This document shows positions 1 to 10,117 of a DNA stretch of 64,000 nt, in pieces. The position numbers and the translations under genes were made by a program. Origin of the DNA: a virus; the IMG/VR virus record IMGVR_UViG_3300044684_000278, positions 32,001-96,000 of that record, one strand, 5' to 3'. Position 1 is the first letter of the stretch. Every line of letters begins with the position of its first letter. The notes beneath the pieces are model-generated. The model worked only from the letters and a program-made list of their open reading frames with translations. It was not told the origin of the DNA and did no database searches.

Positions 1-62
1 GGATTGTTGTTCATAAACTTTAAAGATTTAAGTGAATAGCTTGTCTGTATAGGGTATTATGG

Positions 63-134
63 GTATATTATATTGTAGACTAACTACGGTTTGTCTACAT
101 CTTACCCGTTTATTCTACAAATATAAGATCTACA
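63..134 (+). promoter_or_regulatory. Putative phage promoter (GTATATTAT-N3-GTAG) with four TCTACA/TGTAGA boxes
   Basis: GTATATTAT 63-71, GTAG 75-78; TGTAGA 74-79, TCTACA 94-99, 114-119, 129-134; same motifs recur before other plus-strand units. Confidence 0.5.
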
Positions 135-136
135 AT

Positions 137-451
137 ATGAGTTGCAAACTTTATTATGCAAAAAAAGATAAGAACGGCTTTCCGATACCGGGAACCATGA
201 TGGGATATGATAAGGATCCTTGCAAAGATGACCTTGTACTCATTGAATCTCATGATACTATGTTGGGTGTGGATGCCAATGGAAATACCATTGAGCAGTG
301 CTTTCACCCGGAACACTTACGCTACTTTGTCCGGCTGGATTGTGATGGGCATATACTACCCAACTCCCTGTTTAGCTCTCTAAAACATCCTGGAGGATCC
401 GTAGCTGAATTCAAAAAGACATTTCTGGTGCCTGCTGGGGCTGCCGTATAA
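137..451 (+). CDS. Hypothetical protein with internal repeat (YYAKKDKNGFPIPG / YFVRLDCDGHILPN)
   Basis: ORF 59..451, likely start at ATG 137; first gene of the lysis-region unit. Confidence 0.65.
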   Translation: MSCKLYYAKKDKNGFPIPGTMMGYDKDPCKDDLVLIESHDTMLGVDANGNTIEQCFHPEHLRYFVRLDCDGHILPNSLFSSLKHPGGSVAEFKKTFLVPAGAAV

Positions 452-478
452 GAGCTTAACCTAAACTCCAAGTAACCC

Positions 479-829
479 ATGACCCCTAAACCTAAACCAG
501 ATAGCTTTGAAAACACCTTAGATAAGCTCAAGAGTTACCTCTTCCAGCCATTGCTGTTCATACTGTTCAGCGTAGCCACTTACTTCCTGTCCAGCATCAA
601 TACCAAGCTCCAGAATATGGAGCAGATTGCCATCCAGGTCAATATTGACAAGACCAGGATTGATAACCTGGAACGCACCATCTACGGCCCTAAAACCAGA
701 ACGGCTTCCCTGGACAGTTCCCAGAGAGTAGATAGTCTTTTCAGGAGATGGCCCCAGACAGCCTTCAAGAATGAAGAAGAGTTTGACATCAAGAAATACC
801 TAAAGCCACCCTATAAACGTAACATATGA
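479..829 (+). CDS. Single-TM membrane protein in lysis cassette (holin/antiholin candidate)
   Basis: Hydrophobic segment LLFILFSVATYFLSSI followed by coiled-coil; context. Confidence 0.6.
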   Translation: MTPKPKPDSFENTLDKLKSYLFQPLLFILFSVATYFLSSINTKLQNMEQIAIQVNIDKTRIDNLERTIYGPKTRTASLDSSQRVDSLFRRWPQTAFKNEEEFDIKKYLKPPYKRNI

Positions 830-1218
830 AATTCGGACTTAGCCAACTTACACATCCCACACCTCCCAAGATCAAAGCCTTTGGCAAGGCACTCCGTACA
901 GCTGCTGTAGCTGCTGCCGGTATTGCTGCCACTGCAGGTACCAGTGCTGCTATCAGTATTGGTCTCGTAGCTCTTGGTTTTATCGGGGACTTTATCTGTG
1001 ATCTGTTCAGTGATCCAGCCATAGTGGTTGAAGCACCAGAAGCAAAACCTGCTGAACCTACTGAAGCTCCAGTGGAAACTCCCGTAGAAGTACCGGTGGA
1101 AGCACCAGCTCCGGAACCCGCAGCTGCACCAGTAGAAGATGCTTCATCTCCTGCACCTGCTCCGGAGTCAGATCCTAAACCAGATGAAAGCACTAATGAA
1201 ACTCCTGCTCAGGCTTAA
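826..1218 (+). CDS. Holin-like protein with Pro/Glu/Ala-rich tail
   Basis: N-terminal PTPPKIKAFG plus hydrophobic helices, acidic low-complexity tail; upstream of spanin and endolysin. Confidence 0.55.
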   Translation: MKFGLSQLTHPTPPKIKAFGKALRTAAVAAAGIAATAGTSAAISIGLVALGFIGDFICDLFSDPAIVVEAPEAKPAEPTEAPVETPVEVPVEAPAPEPAAAPVEDASSPAPAPESDPKPDESTNETPAQA

Positions 1219-1729
1219 TATTCTTTTGCTGTTGTGGACTGTGAGTTCCTGTGCGGTCTTTAAGACCAGAACAGTGAACAAGCAGTCACACGACAGCCTG
1301 TCTGTTTCCCGCAGCCACATTGAGTTAAAGCTCAATGAAAAGCTGGTAGATACGGGCAGTGTAAAGAGTATTGTCCTTTTGAGCCATACAGATTCCTCTA
1401 CCACAGAAACAGACATCATCCCGGATGGGGATGTCACCGTGGGAAAAGACGGAGTCTTTCATGGAAAAGCCAAAAGCATACATACCAAAACAACTACGAC
1501 CAATAAGACCAATTCCAATACCCGGACAGAGGAGAAGAAGGGATTAACAAAGACCCTTCAGAAAGATTCCACTAATAACCAGGATCATAAGACAGAAGTC
1601 AAAGACTCGTCCAAGCATATTGTATCCAAACCGGATTTCGGATGGATGATCTATGCCGCAGCTATCCTGGCTGTGCTGGTAATCCTCTTTCTCATCTACC
1701 GGAAGTTCCGTTCTAAGATTCCCCTATGA
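1184..1729 (+). CDS. Unimolecular spanin candidate
   Basis: Lipoprotein signal with lipobox (LLLLWTVSS-C), Thr/Ser-rich periplasmic part, C-terminal TM (WMIYAAAILAVLVILFLIY) then RKFR. Confidence 0.7.
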   Translation: MKALMKLLLRLNILLLLWTVSSCAVFKTRTVNKQSHDSLSVSRSHIELKLNEKLVDTGSVKSIVLLSHTDSSTTETDIIPDGDVTVGKDGVFHGKAKSIHTKTTTTNKTNSNTRTEEKKGLTKTLQKDSTNNQDHKTEVKDSSKHIVSKPDFGWMIYAAAILAVLVILFLIYRKFRSKIPL

Positions 1730-2247
1730 GTTTAACTGATAAGATTGTACAGATAGCCAAATCCTATGTAGGCCAGGAAGAGATCCCTGAGAATGCAGGA
1801 TTTAAGAATCCATCCTTTGAAGCCAAGATGAAGGCTGTTGGATGGTATAAGGGAGCTCCCTGGTGTGCGTTCCTTGCCAAACTGATCTGGACAGAGGCAT
1901 TTGCCCTGGCAGACACCTCAGCATCCGCTTTAATACGTAAGTATTCTAACGGATCTGCTACGGACACCTATCACAATTATGCTGCTTCCAAAGAATTCCA
2001 TGTACAGCAAACTCCTGTAGTGGGAGCTGTAGTGATCTGGAAAGAGGGAAATGGTCCTTCCGGACATGCAGGTGTGGTAACCCGCGTCATAGATGAACAC
2101 ACCATTGAGACCGTAGAGGGCAATACCAACACCAATGGATCCAGAGAAGGATACATTGCTGCAGTGAAGATCCGTAAGATCGGACAGCCCTTCAATCCAC
2201 ATGGTTTAAACCTGGTGGGTTTTATAGTACCAACAAGAATTGCCTAA
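1726..2247 (+). CDS. CHAP-domain endolysin
   Basis: PWCA, GHAGVV and VEGNT motifs of the CHAP family. Confidence 0.88.
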   Translation: MSLTDKIVQIAKSYVGQEEIPENAGFKNPSFEAKMKAVGWYKGAPWCAFLAKLIWTEAFALADTSASALIRKYSNGSATDTYHNYAASKEFHVQQTPVVGAVVIWKEGNGPSGHAGVVTRVIDEHTIETVEGNTNTNGSREGYIAAVKIRKIGQPFNPHGLNLVGFIVPTRIA

Positions 2248-2308
2248 TATCCTATCACCCGCCTTATCACCGGATCCCTTCTGATTTCCGTATCAGAAAG
2301 CCGTGATC

Positions 2309-2341
2309 AAAGGGAAGAGTTTCAACCGCTCTTCCCTTTTT
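2309..2341. terminator. Bidirectional intrinsic terminator between convergent units
   Basis: AAAGGGAAGAG / CTCTTCCCTTT stem with A-run and T-run. Confidence 0.75.
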
Positions 2342-2346
2342 CTATT

Positions 2347-4098
2347 TTACTTGATGGCATGACCACTGCGTCCTACCTTATAGGTACGCTTGCCATCAAA
2401 GACAATGACCTGGTCTCTTTGCTGGTAGAGAGGATTAAAGCCAGTGAATTTGGCTCCGGCCACACCAATAAAGAAAGCCTTGTCCGAATAGGCAGAGCAG
2501 TGATCCTCTGCATCCGTGATGACGATGGCATTGCGTTTATTGGCTTCTATTCTCTGGATCACCCTGCCGGTGGTGGTTCCACCTCCTCCACGGATATTGA
2601 GAATGTCCACGATCTGGTTACCTTCATACTTCACATGATCCTGGAAGGAATACACTTCGTTGAGCATGTTCAGCTCCTTCATCTTAAAGGCAAACGCCTT
2701 GGCAAATAAAAGCTTGGTCATATACCTTCCGTCCTGTCCTTGTACCCCGCAGGATTGCTCCATGGATCCTGAAGCATCAATGAACAGGTCGATCTTACCC
2801 ATCTTCCTGATCTCCTTCACCAGTATATCCTCTGTGAATATTTTACGCAGTACAGGATGCAGTAGTGTGATGTCCTCCAGCCCGTCAAGGGTACCAGCAT
2901 CAAAAATACTCTCAAAGTAAGGCTTGTCCTTGGCAGAGAAGTAAGAGTTGGACTGGTCCAGCAGGTTCTTGATCTTGCTCTTGATAGCATTCAGGTTAAG
3001 CCCTACACTTCTCAGTTCCTGCTCCACCTTCTCCAGGTATTGCCGGTTGGTCTTTTCTGCTGCACGGTTGGCTTCTCCCCATCGGTCAGAGGCCAGCTCC
3101 TTCCACATATCATCCATCTGCTTTTCACTCATCACAGCTCCCAGCATTTCCACGGTCTTGCGTGCATCTTCCAGCACCTCTTCCAGAATCTGCTTGGACC
3201 CTTTGACCTTGTCAAAGCGTTCCATCAGGGTCTTCAGGTGAGCATTCTCACTCTGACGGGTGTTACCCGTACCAGCCTGATTGCCTCCGCCTGTCTGGGA
3301 ATCACTGTGATCCTTTTCCTGCTCCTGCTCATCATCACCTCCTCCGCCATTGCCTTGCGGATCTTCATCATCCTCATCCTCATCCTGACCTCCCTGGGAA
3401 GGTTGATTGCCGGGATTTCCCTGCTGCCCATGATCCTGAGGATCCTGTGGTTGTGGTTGGGGGTTAGGCTGACCTTTTCCAGGACCCTTTCCACCCATTC
3501 CTTTCTGCTGCTTCTGGTCCTGGGGGTCCTTTCCCTGCAGGTTGTTCATCAGGTCATCAAATGCCTGCTTGTCCTCCTGCTGCAGCATGGCCAGGTTCAT
3601 CAGGTAATACTGTATCATGTTCCTGGTATAGACCATGGATTTGATATTGTTCTGACGGGTGATCACCTTGGCAATAGGGTTGTTGGACTTTTCAATCATA
3701 TGGTAGCGGAACTTGTTCTTCTCGGTCCGCTCCTCAAACTTGAGATCCTGGATGTCCTCATAGTTGATATTGTAAATATCATTGAGCACTTCCTTGGGAA
3801 ACTTCTGATAGATCTTCATCATCTCCTCAGTCAGTGTCTGTGGACTCACCAGCTTTTTGTTCATTTTCTCAGCCATCTGCTGTATCCGCTGGTGGGATAC
3901 AGGTGTCTGGATATAGTTATCTACTGCTTTTTGCAGTGCCCGTTCATCCAGGGAATGCAGGTAGGGCTTGATGATCTCACCCCTTACATTGTACTGCACG
4001 TTGGAGAAGAGACGGGGCCTGTTCTCAAAGCCCAGTTCCCCTCTCTTTGCCTTTTCCAGGATGGTATAAGGATTTTTGAATTGTCTCTTCTTGCTCAT
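2347..4098 (-). CDS. vWA (MIDAS) domain protein, partner of MoxR-type AAA+ ATPase (pair 1)
   Basis: DASGSM MIDAS, GGGGT and ITDAE motifs; central Gln/Gly/Asp low-complexity linker. Confidence 0.85.
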   Translation of the reverse strand: MSKKRQFKNPYTILEKAKRGELGFENRPRLFSNVQYNVRGEIIKPYLHSLDERALQKAVDNYIQTPVSHQRIQQMAEKMNKKLVSPQTLTEEMMKIYQKFPKEVLNDIYNINYEDIQDLKFEERTEKNKFRYHMIEKSNNPIAKVITRQNNIKSMVYTRNMIQYYLMNLAMLQQEDKQAFDDLMNNLQGKDPQDQKQQKGMGGKGPGKGQPNPQPQPQDPQDHGQQGNPGNQPSQGGQDEDEDDEDPQGNGGGGDDEQEQEKDHSDSQTGGGNQAGTGNTRQSENAHLKTLMERFDKVKGSKQILEEVLEDARKTVEMLGAVMSEKQMDDMWKELASDRWGEANRAAEKTNRQYLEKVEQELRSVGLNLNAIKSKIKNLLDQSNSYFSAKDKPYFESIFDAGTLDGLEDITLLHPVLRKIFTEDILVKEIRKMGKIDLFIDASGSMEQSCGVQGQDGRYMTKLLFAKAFAFKMKELNMLNEVYSFQDHVKYEGNQIVDILNIRGGGGTTTGRVIQRIEANKRNAIVITDAEDHCSAYSDKAFFIGVAGAKFTGFNPLYQQRDQVIVFDGKRTYKVGRSGHAIK

Positions 4099-4107
4099 GG
4101 GTTATGA

Positions 4108-5265
4108 TTAGATGGTGGCCGCTTGCGGCTGTGTGGTAAGTACATCCTCCAGCAAGTCCTCAATCTCTTTCTCTTTCTGCTTTACAGGATGCCCTTCCAG
4201 GATATGGGCTACCACAGCTTCAACCTCTTCTACCTGGGACTGATCCAGTTTACCTGCAGAAGCATAGCCGGTAAGGAGTGCATCAATCTCTGCCACGGCC
4301 TCATCCACGCTCTGTGCATCATGCAGTGACCACAGCATGTCCGCCTTGCTCATCAGGGCTTTCATTTCCTGGTTCATTAGCTGGGCTGCCAGTTGGTTTC
4401 CGGCTTCCGCATCAATCATGATGGTGGCTACCTTCACCATGGATTTATCCAGGGTATAGTTCCACACGAAAGAGACGGCTTTGATCAGTTCAGGAACGAA
4501 AGTCAGTGTCCGGTCAGAACACCTGTTATAAGCTACGTTCAAGAACTTCTCCAGCTTAGATGTTGGAATGGTTACTCCATCCATTTCTGCCCTGGTAGGG
4601 AGACCGATCTTCATGGTCTCTTTATACTCTTTGGCACCCCGGTCATAGTAACGGATCATGTCTCCGGCTGAGATCCGGTTCACCTGCATTTTCAGCAGGA
4701 ACCTGTCCCAGAAAGGAGAGCCCGCTTCTTCTTTGGGGATCTCGTTACAGGTAGCAATAAAGAGCTTCCATTTGCAGGGGATCTTATGCTTACCATTAAA
4801 GAGGAACTTCTCGTTCATGATAGAGAGCAGTGAATTTCTAATATTACTGCTGGCCTTGTCCACCTCGTTGATGATTACGATCTCTGCCTCTGTGATAGGG
4901 GCAATGATCTCATAACGGGGTTCGGCTCCAAAGAGCTTGGCCATGTCGGGTAATCCTTTGACCTCGCTACTTTTGGTGCCTTCATCTGTTTCCAGGATGT
5001 AGATCTTTTCCATGAACTCCTGCTGTGCCTTCTTCATGGCAGCCACATCTCCTGGAGGTACGTCTTTCAATAACCAGGCTTTGGCAAAATCAATAACGGT
5101 CTTGGTCTTACCGGTTCCAGGAGGGCCTACCAGTAATACCGGCTTTTCTGTTGCTCGGGCAAGGGAGAGCATTCTGAACACTTCTTCTTTGTTGATTAGA
5201 TTGGTGTCAATAGTAAGTACGTTCTGAGCTTTATTTTTAGTAAGGGATTTGATAGCTTTTGCCAT
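4108..5265 (-). CDS. MoxR/RavA-like AAA+ ATPase (pair 1)
   Basis: Walker A GPPGTGKT, Walker B IIINEVDKA, ATCNE, WDRF; likely start MAKAIKS at 5265. Confidence 0.88.
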   Translation of the reverse strand: MAKAIKSLTKNKAQNVLTIDTNLINKEEVFRMLSLARATEKPVLLVGPPGTGKTKTVIDFAKAWLLKDVPPGDVAAMKKAQQEFMEKIYILETDEGTKSSEVKGLPDMAKLFGAEPRYEIIAPITEAEIVIINEVDKASSNIRNSLLSIMNEKFLFNGKHKIPCKWKLFIATCNEIPKEEAGSPFWDRFLLKMQVNRISAGDMIRYYDRGAKEYKETMKIGLPTRAEMDGVTIPTSKLEKFLNVAYNRCSDRTLTFVPELIKAVSFVWNYTLDKSMVKVATIMIDAEAGNQLAAQLMNQEMKALMSKADMLWSLHDAQSVDEAVAEIDALLTGYASAGKLDQSQVEEVEAVVAHILEGHPVKQKEKEIEDLLEDVLTTQPQAATI

Positions 5266-5332
5266 GATTTCTTGTAGTTGTGTTTGATCTGAATTAGTAG
5301 TGGAAACAGGGGAAGCGTCGTCCCCCTGCTGA

Positions 5333-5899
5333 TTAGAGGTTGAGGAAGCTTTGACCGGCTTCCACGTCAGAATCTTGCTGGGACTCTGATGCAACCAGGC
5401 TGTTATCACTAATGCCAGCTGATCCAGCCTGGGTACTACCCACACCTGGTTTTGAGGCTCCCAAAGGAAGTACGACTCCGTTGGATTTGTTAGCCTGGGC
5501 TGGTAGGTCAGCACCACTTCCTGAGGATTGGTTGGTCTGCCCAGCTTCTTTAGCCGCTGCTGGTACATTCCCTGTACTGACGGTTGGCTGTTGGCTATCT
5601 TTTGCAGCATCCACTGATGGAGTTGCTCCAGTTCCTGCTGCAGGTTTGTTTGCTGCTGATTCCGTATTGTTAGCATTGTCTTTGTCTTTTGTGTCATCAA
5701 TAATGCGGAAGATGACTCCTTCCGGCTCTTTACCTACAAGCTTGGGGTGCTTCATGATCACTTTGATCTGGAACTCCTTGGCATTATACTTCTCTTCAAT
5801 GCTACCGAACCCCTGGTCTTCTGCTTTCAGCCAGGTTAAACCGTTACTTAAATCCTCTAATAACTGACTCACAGTCAGATCTACTGGTTTGAATGCCAT
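5333..5899 (-). CDS. Hypothetical protein with Ala/Gln/Ser-rich tail
   Basis: ORF in operon orientation with own ATG; makes the 5700 start of the AAA ORF unlikely. Confidence 0.6.
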   Translation of the reverse strand: MAFKPVDLTVSQLLEDLSNGLTWLKAEDQGFGSIEEKYNAKEFQIKVIMKHPKLVGKEPEGVIFRIIDDTKDKDNANNTESAANKPAAGTGATPSVDAAKDSQQPTVSTGNVPAAAKEAGQTNQSSGSGADLPAQANKSNGVVLPLGASKPGVGSTQAGSAGISDNSLVASESQQDSDVEAGQSFLNL

Positions 5900-5919
5900 G
5901 ATTACAATCTTTTTTGGTT

Positions 5920-6249
5920 TTACTTTTTGTTAATTAGTTCACTAATCTGGTCACAGAGATCAGGGTTTGCATAGAGTGCCCCTGTGACCTTTCTTAAGAA
6001 ATCTTTCTGTTGTTCCTGGGTGGCAGTACGCCAGTCCAGTGATGGTCTGTACAGCTCAAAGAAGTCCTGAAACACCCATTCAGTGAGTTTCTCCTGCTTC
6101 TCGTGCTGAAATAGTCCTCTGCCGTCCTTATGTACCTGTGATTTGGTTACTGTCAGGTACGTTCCATATTTGTTATAATCTTTTCCATGTGATTCACGGA
6201 ATTGAGGTTTGAGCCTTACCCTGTCTCCGGGGTTAAATAGGTATTCCAT
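5920..6249 (-). CDS. Small SH3/KOW-like protein
   Basis: FNPGDRVRLK N-terminus like its neighbours; C-terminus differs from the family helix. Confidence 0.6.
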   Translation of the reverse strand: MEYLFNPGDRVRLKPQFRESHGKDYNKYGTYLTVTKSQVHKDGRGLFQHEKQEKLTEWVFQDFFELYRPSLDWRTATQEQQKDFLRKVTGALYANPDLCDQISELINKK

Positions 6250-6511
6250 GCTCCAGTTGCTTACTTAATTTGTCCAGTGCTTCTTCAATATCTTGTATTG
6301 AGTAGTACAACTCCAGCTCACCTACATATCCTTTCCATCCCGATTGTTCCGGGAAATCAATATAAACCTTCATCCCAAGTGTACTTATAGTTTCATCAGG
6401 AAGTAACTGCCTTATTACACCCACAGATTTTGCAGTAACACTTCCCCAATCGTGATAGGGATTGGTTGCAATAACACGGACTGTGTCTCCCACTTTAAAG
6501 TAAGTTTCCAT
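6233..6511 (-). CDS. SH3/CPH-like head + conserved C-terminal helix family member
   Basis: FKVGDTVRV...WG...IDFPEQSGWKG; tail IQDIEEALDKLSKQL. Confidence 0.75.
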   Translation of the reverse strand: METYFKVGDTVRVIATNPYHDWGSVTAKSVGVIRQLLPDETISTLGMKVYIDFPEQSGWKGYVGELELYYSIQDIEEALDKLSKQLEHGIPI

Positions 6512-6719
6512 CTTTCATCCTTTCTTCTAACTTGGTTAGGGCATTCATTAGATCGTCTATACTAACAGCATCCACTTTTTCAAAAAAAGAAATATCAATC
6601 CAGCTCTTAGGTAAGTTTTCCTTGCACTTGAATGTTAGTTTACCTGAATTATCTGAATATGGATCTTCCCTAAATTTCTTTTGTGGTATGATCCTGTCAC
6701 CTATCTTAAAGTTTTCCAT
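6495..6719 (-). CDS. Conserved C-terminal helix family member
   Basis: FKIGDRI head; tail IDDLMNALTKLEERMK. Confidence 0.7.
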   Translation of the reverse strand: MENFKIGDRIIPQKKFREDPYSDNSGKLTFKCKENLPKSWIDISFFEKVDAVSIDDLMNALTKLEERMKDGNLL

Positions 6720-6999
6720 TTTCCATCCTTTCTATCTTCTCATCCAGGGCCTGGAACAAATCTTCTATGGATGGACCTACAAGCTCGTAGTAGCTACAGG
6801 TCCAGCTACCAGTTCTGCCTTTTGTTTTGAATAACCAGTTACCCTCGGCATTTTTACTAAGCTCAGATATAGTGACACCATTTATCAGCAGATTCTTTAC
6901 TTCAGGATTTTTAATGGTACTAAACCTTTCAAAATATGCATCAGGATTTCTCAGCCTGACTGTATCCCCTACTTTAAAAGGAGCTTCATTGTCTGTCAT
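6706..6999 (-). CDS. Conserved C-terminal helix family member
   Basis: FKVGDTVRL head; tail IEDLFQALDEKIERME; paralog of 6986-7300. Confidence 0.75.
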   Translation of the reverse strand: MTDNEAPFKVGDTVRLRNPDAYFERFSTIKNPEVKNLLINGVTISELSKNAEGNWLFKTKGRTGSWTCSYYELVGPSIEDLFQALDEKIERMENGKL

Positions 7000-7300
7000 T
7001 TTCCATCCTCCTTATTTTATCGTCAAGAGCATTAAATAAATTTTCTATAGTAGGATCAGTAAGCTGATAAAACATGCAGCTAAATCCTCCATTAAATCCA
7101 TATTCAGCAGGATCAAACCTCCATCTTTCTGACCCTTTTGAATAGTAGATTTTTTTTATGGTAACTCCTTCGGTTAAGAGAGATACTTTACGTGCCTCTT
7201 TCTTGATATGAGGAAATTCATTAAAGTATTCATCCGGATTAATTAATCTGACTTTATCTCCTATGTTAAAAGGAGGCTCACCATTTGATTCTGGTTCCAT
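6986..7300 (-). CDS. Conserved C-terminal helix family member
   Basis: FNIGDKVRL head; tail IENLFNALDDKIRRME. Confidence 0.75.
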   Translation of the reverse strand: MEPESNGEPPFNIGDKVRLINPDEYFNEFPHIKKEARKVSLLTEGVTIKKIYYSKGSERWRFDPAEYGFNGGFSCMFYQLTDPTIENLFNALDDKIRRMENDRQ

Positions 7301-8033
7301 TGGCTTGCTGTAATAATTCGTTACACTTCATGAATACATCTTCACAATCCCATTCTGCCTGGTTGTTATACGCAGCAGAGGCCGGGTGGGATGCAAATAG
7401 TTTGTAATGCCTGTCCTCATCAATGAGATCAGCCAGTTCCTGTGCTTTCCTGCCCAGGAAGATGAATACCACACCTGAGTTGATCGTGTTCAGCATGTCC
7501 AGCAGGTAACTCATGAAAGGTCTCCATATGCCCTGATGCTTCCCAGGACTGCCCAGCTCAACGGAGAGTGCTGTGTTTAATAGTAAAACTCCCTGGTTAG
7601 CCCATCGGGTCAGATCAGGATCATTACTGGGAATCTCATTTTCTTCTGAAGGATGCTTGAACGGATCTCCCGCCCACAGGTAGGTGGTCTTGTAAATAGC
7701 TTTCAGTATATACTGCAGGCTGGGCTGGGCCTCACCTGTAAGGGAGCAGGAGAATGCCATTCCGTCGGCAGTTCCAAGTTGTGGGTAGGGATCCTGTCCG
7801 ACGATGACTACTTTAAGATCCTTGTAAGGGCAGTTCTCAAAAGCAGAGAACATATGCTTTAAGGGTGGACCAAAACGTCTTCCCTGGGCCCGTTCATCAT
7901 GCAGGAACTGCAGGATCTTCTCAAAGTCAGAAGCCATCACAAATCCCTTCAGTTTGTCCGCCCATCCACTGGGACGGAGTTTGTCTACAAGCTTCGTCTG
8001 AATTTCTTGTAGATCAATTGTTGGATTACTCAT
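7278..8033 (-). CDS. ung: Uracil-DNA glycosylase (family 1)
   Basis: GQDPY, GVLLLNTAL and HPAS motifs. Confidence 0.93.
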   Translation of the reverse strand: MSNPTIDLQEIQTKLVDKLRPSGWADKLKGFVMASDFEKILQFLHDERAQGRRFGPPLKHMFSAFENCPYKDLKVVIVGQDPYPQLGTADGMAFSCSLTGEAQPSLQYILKAIYKTTYLWAGDPFKHPSEENEIPSNDPDLTRWANQGVLLLNTALSVELGSPGKHQGIWRPFMSYLLDMLNTINSGVVFIFLGRKAQELADLIDEDRHYKLFASHPASAAYNNQAEWDCEDVFMKCNELLQQANGTRIKW

Positions 8034-8082
8034 TTTATAGACTTATTGTTATATTTGGATTACACCATTAGATAGTTACCCT

Positions 8083-8352
8083 ATGTCTGAAATTCACTAC
8101 TTACCCAAGGATGCCGTTGTTCCTGTAGAAGTTGGAGCCGGTCTCCTGTTCCGGCTCCAAAAACTACTACTGTTCCTGGTTCATGATAAAACCAAGGAAG
8201 AGCTGGAAGAACTTAAGGAGCGTGTGGAGAAAAACGATATTCCAGAAGACAGCTGGATGTTCCACTACATCACTATTCATTCCTTCATTACCATCGTGGA
8301 ACACCAGGCGATGACCAAAAAGATCACAGTGACCAAAGACCCGGAAGCTTAA
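8083..8352 (+). CDS. Hypothetical protein
   Basis: 89-aa ORF divergent from ung, fills the gap. Confidence 0.55.
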   Translation: MSEIHYLPKDAVVPVEVGAGLLFRLQKLLLFLVHDKTKEELEELKERVEKNDIPEDSWMFHYITIHSFITIVEHQAMTKKITVTKDPEA

Positions 8353-8744
8353 GCAACCGGGTGGTTCACCTGTTCTCCGATCTCCACGGCTGCTTTGATA
8401 GCCAGGGAGAGTTCCTCTCTGCTGCAATCACCAAAGGACTTGCACTCGAAGTACTCTTTCCCCTGGAGCTTGTAGGTAAAACACAGTCCGGCACGGTCCT
8501 TCACCAGTAGCTTTACTTCATGAAAAGTATAGCCTGTGTGATGGGCCAGCTCCCGGATCATGGCATGTAGCTTGGCCAGTTGCGCCAAAGTACCATCATC
8601 ATGATACTCCTCCGCCCACAGCTCAATGGTCGTGCCTTCCGGAAGGTTGTTTCGGAACTGGTCATACAGAGCAGCATCTGCTGTCTTTACATGAATCAGC
8701 TTCCCGTTCTCTTTTTTCAGTTTACCGTGATAATGCAGTTTCAT
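8349..8744 (-). CDS. NinB/Orf-like protein (tentative)
   Basis: QLAKLHAMIRELAHHTGYTFHEVK and S..D.S.EEL pattern. Confidence 0.45.
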   Translation of the reverse strand: MKLHYHGKLKKENGKLIHVKTADAALYDQFRNNLPEGTTIELWAEEYHDDGTLAQLAKLHAMIRELAHHTGYTFHEVKLLVKDRAGLCFTYKLQGKEYFECKSFGDCSREELSLAIKAAVEIGEQVNHPVA

Positions 8745-9858
8745 ACTTTTCCAGGTCAAATTCTACGTACTTGATTTTGCTCTGATCCAGGTCTTCCAGG
8801 GCCCTGAATACCCACGTCTCATCCACCGTGCCTCTGAAACAGAGCAGGTGAATGGTGGCCATTTCATCCGGCCCAAGTCCCAGGCATCTTCCAAACCGTT
8901 GCATGAACTTCCTTTCATTTCCATATGAGTGAAGGACAATAGCTGCTTTCAGGTCGGGAACCGTGACACCTTCGGAGAGCTGCAGTACGCAACTCAGCCG
9001 GTCAATCATTCCTGCCTTGAAAAGACTCAGATTTTGCTCGCTCGTTGGATTCTTACTGTGATAACTATGCTGACAGAGTTTGTCTGCCTGCTCCTGGGTA
9101 TTGGCAAAGACAATGCACTTCTCCTCTATGTGCTGCATCAGCTTGCGGGCATACCGGATCTTGCTGGGGAGTTCCATCATGGCCTTCATCCGCATTACAG
9201 AGGATACCTGTTTTGCCTTGGCTCCCTCTGCTTCCATCACCCGCTTGCTCCAGTAGTTATAGATGCTTCTCTCTGAGTTGTAGAATACACCCCCGTCTTT
9301 CTTTTTGACAGGTACGTTCTTCACCTCACTCAGGGAGATCATGTGTACCAGGATACGGTAATCATTGAGGACATTATCCTCTACGGCATCATTGGTAATG
9401 TAAGAGTAAACGATAGGACAATAAGCGTCCACCATCTTGTATTTGGCTGAATTCCTGTATCTGGGCGGAGTCCCGGTCAGCCCCAGGATTTTTCCTTTGA
9501 AGCCACTCAGATAATCGTTGTGAGAAGGAAGCAGGCTATGGCACTCATCCAGGATGATGATGTCATAGTCCTGCTCCTGCTTGTCAAGAGATAAATAGGT
9601 ACTGAAAGTGATGTGATCGAGCAGGTGCGGATAGCCGAACTTTACAGCGTCTTCCTTCCAGCCCTGGAATACAGCAAGCTTGGGAGCTACCACAAGGGCT
9701 TTAAGTTTCCCAAGGTTATTGCCATACTCCGCGTTCAACCTGTCCAATCCAATCTTGGTCTTTCCGGTACGCATGGACAGAGCCAGCCCGCAGCGGTAAT
9801 GCTGCAGGGACTCCATCAATGCCTGTTCTTGTACTTCCTCTCTCTTTTCGTTAGACAT
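8722..9858 (-). CDS. Superfamily 2 (DExH) helicase
   Basis: RTGKT, LDECH, GLTGTP, QRFGR motifs. Confidence 0.9.
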   Translation of the reverse strand: MSNEKREEVQEQALMESLQHYRCGLALSMRTGKTKIGLDRLNAEYGNNLGKLKALVVAPKLAVFQGWKEDAVKFGYPHLLDHITFSTYLSLDKQEQDYDIIILDECHSLLPSHNDYLSGFKGKILGLTGTPPRYRNSAKYKMVDAYCPIVYSYITNDAVEDNVLNDYRILVHMISLSEVKNVPVKKKDGGVFYNSERSIYNYWSKRVMEAEGAKAKQVSSVMRMKAMMELPSKIRYARKLMQHIEEKCIVFANTQEQADKLCQHSYHSKNPTSEQNLSLFKAGMIDRLSCVLQLSEGVTVPDLKAAIVLHSYGNERKFMQRFGRCLGLGPDEMATIHLLCFRGTVDETWVFRALEDLDQSKIKYVEFDLEKYETALSR

Positions 9859-10117
9859 GTTCGTCTGATTTAGTCATGAATTCGTGGGCCCAGTCCTGGG
9901 TACACTTGCCACAGGGACATACCCATCCTGCCTCCGTTGCTATAAGCAACCCATCATTAGGACATAACTCTCTTGTTCTTTCCATTGCTGGCTGGAGTTT
10001 GTTAATGATCCTTGGTTTGCCAATGCAGGTGTAGGGATGAAATGCCCCTGAACGCTGGTACTTATTCAGAGCTTCCACTTGCTCCGCTGTGAAGGGAGCC
10101 TTGATCTTGTTTGACAT
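9851..10117 (-). CDS. Small Cys/His zinc-binding hypothetical protein
   Basis: HPYTC...C...WVCPCGKC. Confidence 0.6.
   Translation of the reverse strand: MSNKIKAPFTAEQVEALNKYQRSGAFHPYTCIGKPRIINKLQPAMERTRELCPNDGLLIATEAGWVCPCGKCTQDWAHEFMTKSDEHV

Noticed and set aside
3040-4107. 355-aa plus-strand ORF and similar long antisense ORFs (e.g. 62995-63915, 57131-57763, 26456-27115)
   Set aside because: Shadow ORFs antisense to well-supported genes, with no recognisable motifs.
5266-5700. N-terminal extension of the AAA ORF (4108..5700)
   Set aside because: Overlaps the 5333-5899 gene in another frame; MAKAIKS at 5265 is the plausible start.
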